From Fimbriosthenelais zetlandica (taxonomy: Eukaryota): a stretch of 64,000 nucleotides of DNA. The DNA is taken from contig OZ365118.1 of assembly GCA_977030845.1 (NCBI GenBank), forward strand, positions 21,204,001 through 21,268,000. Direction: 5' to 3'. The notes below the pieces were generated by a model, which was not told where the DNA came from, searched no databases, and worked only from the letters and a program-made list of their open reading frames with translations. A program made the position numbers and the translations under genes. Below are positions 27,615-39,800 of the stretch, piece by piece; the first letter of the stretch is position 1, and each line of letters opens with the position of its first letter.

Positions 27615-30600
27615 TCAAACTATGTGAGCGTCAGAATCAAAGGTGTCCATGGCTAAGTCGTCCTCCTGACTGAGTAAACTTTGTTGATCCATGTTGAACT
27701 TTCTGCTGCTGGCTCGGCTGTCCCTGCTGCCTATACTCAGCTTGGCCAGTATACTGCTGCGTATACTGCCCGCGCGACTCGTTACGTCAGGTAACCCATC
27801 CTCACCTATACCCCTGAACACCTGGATCTCCTCACCAGGCTCAGTCTGCTCCCGTCTAAAGTCCTCAAAGTACTCCTGGGTGCTCAGGTCCTCACGCTGG
27901 GGTTTAGACCATCTGAGGGCGAGTCAGGGTATCAGTACAAGTTACTTCACATTTCAATTTTTTTTTTTTTTTTCAATTCCGTTCAATTATGAAATCTAAA
28001 TCTAGTTATGGAATACAACTATCCTTGGTTTTACTGCATATCAAATGCAGTTGAAATCTAAAACGGACGACTTGAGATAATGCATATCTCGACTTAAATA
28101 GACTAAATGAAAACTTAAGAATATGTTAGTAAATTAAAGTAAAAGTTGACTTACAGTTTGAGGAGGAGAGAAGAGCAGACGACGGAGACGGAGGAGGCGG
28201 CCATGGCAGCTGAGGCCATCCACGGCTGTAAGGCGATGCCTAGAGGCATGAAGACACCTGGAGGCACCAACAATCATCATTATCAACGGAAAATAAGTCA
28301 AGGACAATAGATTACCTGCAACAAACTCTTTGTACTGCACTTTCATTGAATACCGAGGCAAAAAAGCTTAAGAATTAGTAAACATTTTATTTCATAATTA
28401 AGGGACATTAAAAGAGTAACTTACCGGCAGCGATGGGGATACCAACTACGTTATAGATGGTGGCAGCGAAAAAGTTGATTCTGATTCGGCGAACAGTCTT
28501 CTTAGACAGTCTCATAGCTCCAACTACATCGATCAGATTATTCTGTATAAAACATAAAGGGCAGATAATTTATTACTTCCTTGAAAAAAGTTCATCAAGA
28601 ACTATATACATGTATAGGAGATCAGAGAAAATGTAGGTAATGGGTCCATCGCACACGTCCATTACTGAATGTTTTTTTTTGTTTTGTTTTTTTAGTTAGA
28701 ATTTGTATAGAGCCTGATATGGGTTAATACCAGCTCACACTCTTGATTACTCAAGTTTCTCGTATGATTTTCAGCTGGGGGCTCTTTCTATGTGCATTAC
28801 TACATTGCCTTCTGTGCAATGGATATTTCTAGGTGTATGTGCTCTAGAACATATGTACAACTGTGAGGTGGGAGGCATTGGAAATGCCTTGGACAGCTCG
28901 GGGGATTGAACCGCCGACCCTTCGATCATTGGTCAATCACCCTGTGTGAGCTGGCGCTCTAACCAACTGAGCTAACTCCCCTCCTATGTTTAGGAAAGTA
29001 TAAGATCATTCATCATTTTCCAACTATACTTTTATATATCTGAATTGTTAACATTACTGTAAACTTTGTGTGCCTCCTGTTTAAATATAGATTAAATACA
29101 AAAAAAAAAGAAGGCAGGACCCACTCACCCTGATGAGGACCACATCTGCCGCTTCTACAGCCACGTCTGTACCCGTACCGATGGCCACTCCGATGTTAGC
29201 CTGAGCCAGGGCCGGGGAGTCGTTAATGCCGTCACCCACCATAGCTACAGTGTGACCCTTACCCTGGATCTGCTTCACCTTGGCCACTTTGTGAGACGGT
29301 AGGACTTCAGCAAACACAGTCTTGATCCCAACCTGGGAATGCATAAATTTAAATGAAAAATATGCTTTAATAAACTTGAAAAAAGTCTCTATTGATGAGA
29401 ACTCAAACTGATTGTAACTAGTTGAGCTAGTAAGGACCTACCTGTTGGGCGATAGCTCGGGCAGTTTTGCGGTTATCTCCAGATAGCATCATGACGTCAA
29501 GTCCCATCTTCTTCAGTGTATACACAGCCAGGTGTGCTTCTGATTTAACAGTGTCTGCTACTGCTAACATAGCAATCAACACACCTGAAAACCAGCATTC
29601 ATTCATTCATCATTCATGTAATGACAATTTGTCTTAGTTCTACGAGTCTTTAGTTGTTAGCAGTTGACATGTGGCTCCCCCTATTATTATTTTGTGCGTC
29701 TGTTACCCTGTGTCTCCCTTTATAACTCGGTGCATTAGTTGCCATGTGGCTCCCCCTACAGTACAGTCTGTGCATCAGTGAATGAGAAACCCCATGTGAA
29801 TCCCCCTACAGTAATTCAATACATGATAAATATGGATAATAAAAGTAAAGAGAAGGAGATAATGACCATCGATGGCGCAGAGTACGGCCGTTTCACCCAG
29901 GACCTCCTGGCTGATCATGGAGTTGTCCACGTCAGTCGTTACCTCTAGACCGTTACGCTCCATCCACTCACGGTTACCAATCAATACGTCATACACCTTA
30001 CCTCCAGGCGCGTTCTCCATCTGAAGGTCTGAAATTTAGAGATAAATTCTAAATTTCTTCGCAAATTGCGAGAGTTCGATTGGGCAGAGCGAGCCTAGAG
30101 AGGGACAGACAGAAAGTGGCAGACAGAAAGAGACAGACAGAGAGACAGGGAATGACAATTTAATTAGTTGAACCTAGAGCTTTGAGCTCTGGTTAAGGAC
30201 CCTTTAACCCCTGAAAACTTAAGATAAAGTTGCGGACTGTTCACCTTGTATATCCTGCAGGCTGATGATCTCCTCCGTGCCGTCTGTCTGTGGTAGGAGC
30301 AGCTCGTGCTTCACCGTGAAGCTGGAGGTCGAGTTCCTAGTGTTGAGTAACTCAGTGTTACTAACAGGGTTCCTCATCAAACTCTCCACGCCTGACACGG
30401 AACACTTCAACCCACAGCCAGGCACGGCCTGGAAGTTAGACACCTTACCCAGTACATCAGTCTGCAGGGCCTGCAAATAACAGTAACGTTATTAACGGTT
30501 ATTACTGGTTATTTTACTTTTTTGTCTTATACAAGTATCTTATACAGACTTCGTTAAGTAAGCTTTATTTTATGGAAAATTAAATTCATTCCAAATACAC

Positions 30601-33600
30601 ATGGACCAAACTTATTGCAGTTTAGTGAGATGGAATACATGCTAAAAGTTAGACTCATGGTGACTGATATAGTGGGATGGTCGGTATATCGAGACTCCGC
30701 TATATCAAGGTATGTGATACTCACATTCTTGGCGTACTTGACGATGGCTGTACCTATAGGATGTTCACTGTTCGCCTCAGCTGTACCAGCTATAGCCAGT
30801 AGTTTATGTAACGTACATACAGTAGTCTCTACAAACATGGCCACCTTAGACACCCGAGGTACACCGTGTGTGATGGTTCCCGTCTTATCAAAGATGATGC
30901 TGTTAACCTAGAGAAAAATAACACAATATTGGTGATTACAAGGCAGAAAAATAACACAATATTGGTGATTACAGGGCAGAAAAATAACACAATATTGGTG
31001 ATTACAGGGCAGAAAAATAACACAATATTGGTGATTACAGGGCAGAAAAATAACACAATATTGGTGATTACAGGGCAGAAAAATAACACAATATTGGTGA
31101 TTACAGGGCAGAAAAATAACACAATATTGGTGATTACAGGGCAGAAAAATAACACAATATTGGTGATTACAGGGCAGAAAAATAACACAATATTGGTGAT
31201 TACAAGGCAATAAATCTAGGCCTGTACCTACCCTACAGAAATGAAAAAAAAAAGCATTTCAAGTTAGACAAAATGTCGTGCGTAAGTACACATAGAACAA
31301 AATCAGTCTAATAAGATTAGAATTAGAATTGCATCTGTCCCAAGCAACAGATGGTAGAAAACTGCTTAAACTGAATTAACTGAGTTGGGACGGATCTTCA
31401 TGGCTTGTATTGAGTGTTGATACCTACCTTATGAGCCGTCTCTAGCGGTTCTCCACCCTTGATGAGAATCCCGTTTACAGCCCCCACACCTGTACCCACC
31501 ATGACGGCGGTGGGGGTGGCTAGACCGAGCGAGCAGGGGCACGCTATACACAACACGGCGATAGCGAACTGAAAGGCGTGCTCAAAGATGGCCTCGTGCC
31601 GACTGATGCCCTTTTCCTGAATAAAAAAAATAGTATTCATAGAATCATTCACTATGGACAAGTGAAAAATTGGCAATAACTTGTAGTAATAATTACTATT
31701 TACATTAACAAATATATGAATATATAGGGAGAATAATGGATTAACTTCAATTTTCAGAGGGAGAAGAAAACACGTTGTCGGCAACACAGTCTAATGAACT
31801 CACCATATAGTCGGGGTCAATGTAAGTCATGTCAAAGTAGCCGGCGATGACCCAGCCTAGTAGAGTGATGATGGAGAGGGAGACCACCACCGGTACAAAA
31901 TAACCCGCGATGGTGTCAGCCAGCTGCTGGATGGGCGCCTGTAAGGGACAAACATTCATTAATTCCACCAATGAAGGGTGTAGTGCAGCTATAGATGTGC
32001 AACAATGACAATACTCGCTACTGGCAAGAGACGGAGTGCAGTTGACGGAGTGAGAGAAAGAATCATAGAGCTTTGTTCCGATCCGAGTTCAAGTCTGAAA
32101 CTAATCAAATCTAAAGCCGGGACTCCACTGCTGCGATTTTGTTTGCGACACGTCTGCGACAAAGGTGATGCTTGTGTTTCAATGATAAATTTACCATTGG
32201 AGTACGGCCTGAAAGCCTTGGAAACTTGAACAACAATTTATAAATTTTATTCTTACACAACTTCACACGCATCAACTTTGTCGCAGTAGTGTCGCAAGCA
32301 AAATCGCAGGAGTGGAGGCCAGGCTTAACCACAAGAGAATCCTGAGTGACCTACCTTTGAGGTTTGCGCCTCCTCCACCAGTTTGACTATCTGTGACAGG
32401 GCGCTGTCAGCACCTACATGAGTAGCTCTCATGTAGAGGGTACCGTTCTGGTTGAGTGATCCACCGATGACGTCAGATCCGGGTTTTTTATGTACAGGCA
32501 TTGACTCACCAGTAATGAGTGACTCATCACACATAGAGCTGCCCTCCACGACACGCCCATCTACCGGGATCTTCTCACCCGGTACCACCTACAATAGACA
32601 GCCAAAGTCTAGTTACATCGCAAACAGGGTTGGGGGGATCTGCATACTATAGGGCGGTCCAAGATATAGCTTAAAATCTCTAGAAACAGCAGTTAAGATT
32701 GAAATCCATGAGATACTTTGCCTAAGAAATCATAAGGTATTTTGAAGCATTAAAACACCCTCAGCATTTTTTTAATATTTCAGAGCATTTTTTGAATATT
32801 TCAGAGCATTTTTATGGATATTTCAGACCATTTACTAAATATTTCCCGATTGTTTTTTACTTACCCTGAGGAGGTCACCTCGCTGAACGAGGTCGACACT
32901 GATGCTCTGCTCGTTCAGGATGCTGCCTTCTTTATCCATCTCTACCAGAGTCGCCTCAGTCGCCTGCAGCGACATCAGCTTGGCTAACGCTTCAGACGTC
33001 TTACCCTGATAAAAAAACAATTAGAAATCATTTAAGGTCCAGAAAAAGATTAGTATGTACATATTCCCATTATGAGGTGAATACTAAGGCCTAAGAATGG
33101 TAACTTAACTGAAACTTTTCTAAATATGAAACTGGCATAATTCTGTAGGGTATAAAATTTCTAAAACCTACCTTAGCGATATGCTCAAGCCATCGTCCGA
33201 GGGATATAAAGACTAGTAACATTGGCGGCGTCTCAAAGAATGTTTTCGGGCTGGTTTGTTCCTTCATGATGACAGCGACGAGGACCACCAGGACGGAGTA
33301 GGTGTAGGAGACGGAGGTGGCGAGGGCTATGAGGACGTCCATGTTAGTCGTACGATGCTTCACCGCCTTCCACGCCTGGATGAAGAAATAACGGCCGCCC
33401 AGAATCTGTACACGACAAGGAAAAGACTTTCAGAAGGCATTTTAAGACCAATAGCACCAAATGAAGGGCAGTGATAGTGTTTAATAGTTGATGTAAAGGC
33501 ACATGGCTGCTATGAAAAATAAAAAGTTGGGTTGTCGCAGCAACGACCAAGCACACATTTTGTTTTACCAGCATTAAAGGTGGGTGGGCACAGCAACGTT

Positions 33601-33799
33601 CAAGTCGACATATAATATATCCAACATTCCGTACCCCATAGTCTGGAAGTGATTGCACCCAACACCCATAGAATTAAAATAATAAAACTTAAACTTACAA
33701 GACATGGAGTACATAGCAGAAATAGTAGGAGATTCTCCAGTGAGAGGCCGGGGACGACCATGGGTGTATGGTGTAGGTGCTGGGTGAGATAGGTGCTCA

Positions 33800-33835
<36 letters not shown>

Positions 33836-36800
33836 CGTCGTTGTTGTCGATGTTGGTAGGTGGATGGTGGTGGTGGGTGGTAGAGTTAGTAGGTGTCTCA
33901 TTCAGGGCGATCATGGCAGGGACGGGTCTCATGTTCACTCTCATGTCGATCATGAATCCAATCATGACCAGCATGACCGGGACGCCGAAGACGAGCGAGA
34001 AGAGGAACGAGTTCCTCCATCTAGAGAAGAGAAGAAATGGAAATAGTCAGAGGAATCCAGTAAAATTAGAATGGATTTCAGTTGAAATATGTGTACACTA
34101 ACTTAGGAAGTTTACTTCAAAGCAACATGAAATGTCTAGTACATTACATGTAGCCTACGTTGAAACTGAAATTTGTGCAACTAAAGACTATCTAGACTCT
34201 AGTAGAAATTTTAACAGATACACACTTTTTGATAGCATTTTTGTGGTGGTGCATCTTGTCGCCTTTGTCCTCTGTGTTGAGGGAGGCCTGGAAGCCTATA
34301 GCCTCTATCTGTTCTATGATGGTACGGGGACCTGTGGTCTCCGGGTCATAACGGAACATGCCCTTACTGGTGGAGAGGGCCACTGAGGCGGACAAGATGC
34401 CGGGACGCTTAACCATGGTGGACTCAATGAGGTGGACGCAAGACGCACAGGTCATTCCTTCAATCTGTAAGACAGCAATCAATAGATGAAATTAGGGCAT
34501 TTAATAGATGAAATTAGGGCATTTAATAGATGAAATTAGGGCATTTAATAGATGAAATTAGGGCATTTAATAGATGAAATTAGGGCATTTAATAGATGAA
34601 ATTAGGGCATTTAATAGATGAGATTGCTGTGCTATCTTGGAGATCCAGTGATCCCCCCCTCCCCCCCCCCCCGCGCACTTTCACCTGCCTAAATTATGGA
34701 GGATAAACTATAACTTACATGTATTTCCACGATGTTCTGGCCATTGTTTTCTGACTCGATGACGCCGGCTGGGTAGCCGAGCTCGGTGACACGGTTAGCT
34801 ATCTGGGAGGGTATGATATAAGCTGGGTCATATTTAACTTCAGCCTTCTCCGCCATCAAGGCTACAAGTACACCACTCACTCCTACAAAAATACAAGTGA
34901 TTAAAGAACAAATGTACACAGGATTTTATAATTTAGAAAATATTATTATTCATATAATTGAAAGGCCATTGGAACTTGTTGCTAAGAGAGGAACTGATCG
35001 CAAAGGGAGATAACAAATACAAAGTCAAGAGAAATGGGGAGAAACAAAAGTGTATAACCGTACCTTCTAACTTGAGAAGGTTGCGTTCAATGTTTGCCAC
35101 ACAGGAGCTACAAGTCATACCAGAGATAGAGAGGAAACACTTCTCCAGATCCTCATCGTCCTCCAGGGGTTTATTAGGCACTATCCTCACCTAGAACCAA
35201 CCATTAATTAGTTAATTAATCAACTGACATGATTTTACTTCAGAACGTTTCAATTGAGGCTATCTTCACAAATCAGAAGAAACTGAAAAGATCCAAGCAG
35301 AACTCTCTTCCTTTACCAAACTGCAAATGAAAGTAAGGAGAACTAAATTTTGGGAAATAATTTGGTAGGTTTCGTCAGTTTCACACATGTGTATTTAACA
35401 GAAGACAAATTAGGTTTAAGGTATAATTATATTGATAAATTTCAAGCCGGGATGTGCATCGTTTCTTAGCCAACACGGCGATTTTTTCAAGGCACAAATC
35501 AAGACACGGAATAGAAACAAGCCCGTTTCCATGGGAACTTAAATGCAAACTAAGGCCTTGACCTTTGGGTTCCAATCCAGGTAACTGGCAAAGAGGAGAG
35601 AGTTGGGGATTCAGATGCAATTACCTGTGCTTCGTGCAATGTGCATTTCTGGAAAAATGATGGCAGGGCAATTTACTTGACGGTAGTGGATAGAGAAAGG
35701 ATTCCTACTCAATTTACTTGACAGCTTGAAAACTTGTTTGGAATAGAAAGCCAGGGTGACGCACTTATGTTTATACTTAACTAAGGAAGTGGATCAAAGC
35801 ATGAGTAACGTGTGAGGGACCTAACAAATAAAATATTATACAGCAACTGTCAAAAGTTTGTGTATATATAAGTAAGGAAGTCCAGTAACGTTTAAAGATC
35901 TACAAGAGACTTATCGTGTGCAAGCTTATGTGATCGCTAGGTATATTTCTTTTGCATTTAAGATCTTAAAAACTTAAAAGAGAGGATCTAGTAATAGGGG
36001 GTGACACATTTAAAATGCTTTTCCAAACCTTTTTTACTGGCTTCTTTAGACTGCCGTTCATAGGCTACAAGAAATTATCAAAAGTTTACAAATAGAAATA
36101 AAAATGGAATTACCAACCACCAAGTGAGTTCGACTTGTAGTTGCAAGATATGATCCTCAAAAATAAAACTCTCCAAATTAAGATATAGCTGCCAAAAGAG
36201 TTAGGCATCATTCCAGAAAACATACACTTCGGCAAGCAAAAAGATTAAGTGAATCTGACAAAATTAATTAAATCCGACTGTCCGCCCTGACCAGGGTGGC
36301 CCACACCAACTAGGCCTATCTATAACTACAGTATTTTGTGCAGGCCCCCTGCCCCATTATCTGGCAAATTTATAACTTTTTTGGGCCTTTTTTTCTGGGT
36401 GACAACTTGCATCTCCTATTTAAATATCGTTTTGTTAATGAACAATTTTCTTACACTTAAACAATTTTCTAAAAACATAAGGGGGGTATGTAATGTAACA
36501 CATTCTTTTGGGATGTCAAGGTGCTGTGGTAAAATGAAACAATAATCAAACTTTGAAAGGAGAAACAGAGATAGAGAGATAGGGAGACAGAGAACCCGGA
36601 GACCATAGCTGGATAGGTCATCAACATCATGCTTTTAATTCCCATCTCAAAATGGAAAAAAAGGAAATACAAGTACTGTAGTTACTTTTCCGAGGAGAGG
36701 ACTTAGACTTGGCTGCAAGAAAACGATGAATGAAATATCTTATATTTACAAGAGGAGAGAGCCACTACCAACCGAGAACCAGATAGACTACAAGGGCAAC

Positions 36801-39800
36801 AGGGCAAAAAAGATTCTTTCTGTGAGAATTTCCACACAGAAAACACTTATAAATTCCTCAAATCATTATGGGAATTAAAACTATTTTTCCTGTATTAAGG
36901 TCTTAGATTAAAGGTAATTCTGATTTGGAAATGCTTATATATATACATGGTTATGTTTGGTCGAAAGTACCTGGAAACCATTTTTTCCCATAATTGGAAA
37001 CAATCTTGATCAACCTCTACTTGAATCCCAACTACTAACTTTTAAATATAGTACATAGAATGACATGCTTCTTATCAAAATTCACATAACAATCTTTAAA
37101 GGGTCCAACAGAAACTAGAGTGAAAACTGAAGAAATTTCAGAAACAAATATATGGAAACGCACCACCTATGAAAACATTAGGATTTGGGGGATGTTAGAA
37201 TGACTTTATCTTTACCTTTCTGAGGGAGGAGCGTCCAGGACTGAGGGATGTCTGTCGTGAGAGGGTACTGGTGGCCGAGCCGGTCTTGAGGGAACTCCGC
37301 AGTGGACTGACAGACGCGCTATTGAAGGCCAGCAAACCATTCACTTCTACTGGCGTCTGGGCTGAAATATCAACATTAAAAATAACAATTCATTCATCTC
37401 ACCGACAGCTATAATGTTTTCAACATAGTATACCTTTAAAGTATTAATTTTTCTACAAGTGTAGGTGCACACAATTTCAGATATATTCAGGAAAGGAGCA
37501 CCTCAATAATGAGGCATTTAATTCAAAAATAGAAACTGTAAATTAAATCTTAGATGAATACTTACGAGCAAGTGAAGCCTCAAACCCCATGTCGTCAATA
37601 GCGTCGACCAGTTGATGTGGTGAGACCTCAGCTGGATTGTAAGCAATCTTCGCCTCCTCTCGTTCCAGGCTCACCTGGATTCGTTCCACTCCAGGCCGCT
37701 CGGACATAACGCCCTCTATCGTCTGTACACAGGACTGACAGGTCATCCCTTCTATCCTCACCATGACTTCCATGGGTTGAAACACGGGCGACTCCTTCAC
37801 ACGCGCCTCAAACCCCATATCGTCTATACCTTCAGCTATCGCCTCGGCTGAGAGTTTTGAAGGTTCGTAAACCACCGTGGCCATTTTCTTCTCTAGTGAA
37901 ACTTTGATTTCCTTAACACCTGAAACTTCAGACATCTTCCCCTCGATGGATTGTACACACGAATGACATGTCATTCCTATAACTTCCACATAACAAGTGT
38001 TAGTTTCGTTTCTTAAAGCGAGTTTTGAGAATTCCTCTTCGTCACTGAGTGAGGGTAGCAAAGCCTCGAACCCCATATCATCTATAGCCTCACGTAAATC
38101 CTCAGGGTTCGTCAAGCTTGGTTCATAATCAATCACAGCTTCGCCTTTCTCAAGCGATACCACAATCTTTCTAACACCTGTTTTCTTCCCAATGTTCCCT
38201 TCAATGTTTTTAACACAAGATTGACATGTCATCCCTCGGACTTCAATAGTGGTCACTAGGGATGTGGGTGCAGGTTCAGTGGTCAAGTCCATAGGTCCGA
38301 GCGATGCCTCAAACCCCATGTCATCAATAGCGTCTCTGATAGTAGCGGGATCTGTCATGGTGGGATCGTACTTGACGTATCCTAGTTTCTTATCGAGGGA
38401 GACGTGGATGAATTTGACGCCGTCCTTGACGGAGATGTTACCTTGGATGGTACGGACGCACGACATGCAGGTCATGCCGTCTATGTGGAGGACGGCGTCC
38501 TTGTAAGGACCGGGTCGCACCTTGGTCGGGAAGCCCATGTCGTCGATCTGTTCAGCGACCTGGTCCGGGGTCGTGACGCGCGAGTCCAGCTGAACCACCG
38601 CCTCCATGTTAGGCAGGGACACCTTGAGAAAGACAAATATACCAGAGTTAATAAAACCCATACAAATCCCCATGACAGGTGGTTCCTCATTGAACGCAAA
38701 TAAGATTATGACAGCATTTATACGCAGTTTTCCAATTAATGTAAATGAAAAAGCCATATCTACCAAATCGGAACTAAATAAATTAACCATGTCATTTTCC
38801 AAAAGGAAAAAGGACATTCAATGCTTTATAAAATGTTAGTTATAAAATAGATCATAATTATGAGGTCTTCTGGCCTGGCTTGCGTCGCGGATACAAAAAT
38901 GCAAATCAAGATCTCAATATATTATGTGACACCTGTGGCTACTATTATAGCCGATTGAAACTGAATGTTCAATTCAATATAATGTATACACTACTCACAA
39001 ATAGTGAGGGATATGCGGAAAAGGTAATATATTTATGATTTCTGGATGTGCCATGCGTTGCATGACATAAATGGGAACTTTATATCTATGACTAATACTC
39101 ATAGCAATAATAGAGTTAAAGGACTATTCTATTAATATAGAAAGTTTTATATTGGAAATCATTCGGAATAAACTAAATTTACTGAATCTAGGTGACTGTA
39201 TCGTAAAATTTTGCAAAGGTGTAGATACACAGAACCACAAATACAGGCACATTCTACCTGAGAGGCCTGCTATATATGCAGTACTTTGATAGACATCTTA
39301 CACAAAGGTTTATTTATGAATGCGCTCAGGTACTAAGTTTTATGCGGCATTAATATGCTGGTATTGACTTGTTTTGTAGAGTACATCAAAAGTAACCATT
39401 CATGATTATAGGATCAAAGGAGCAGGTTGTAAACTGAGAGGCAGACATATATCACTGAGATGGGGCAAATTTAGAGTAGGTGTAATGGTGAGTAGGATGG
39501 ATGGGGTAGGGGTGGTTCCATACCAATAGTTCCATTTTGAGGAGGAAGAAAATGTGTTCACTATGTGGAGTTGATCCATAATCAGAAGAGACTGTACATG
39601 ATACTTCAGGCACTCAAAACTGTAAACAGGTCTTCAGTTCACTATATATTGAGATGTTCCCTCAAAATCGGATTACACATTGTTTTTGGAAAAAGTGTTA
39701 AGCGATTTTTCTTTAATGAGAGATTCCAAGAAGGGTTTTCGGTATGATCAAAGACAATTCCATTCATGTGGGTGGCAAGCGGCGGGGTAGGAAGAAAAAT

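Noticed and set aside
28890-28981. Functional tRNA gene
   Set aside because: The acceptor stem does not pair, the anticodon arm is irregular, and it continues into a SINE-like body and A-rich tail.
30913-31209. CRISPR-like array (also 34481-34620 and 60554-60798)
   Set aside because: Units are contiguous with no unique spacers, there are no cas genes, and the context is eukaryotic introns.
30829-31213. Three overlapping repetitive ORFs of 100-119 aa
   Set aside because: They are translations of the 33-bp intronic minisatellite (a multiple of 3), not proteins.
37543-38817. 424-aa single-exon copper chaperone-like ORF
   Set aside because: It is internal ATP7 exon 37566-38622 plus intronic read-in; the N-terminal 65 codons are intron.
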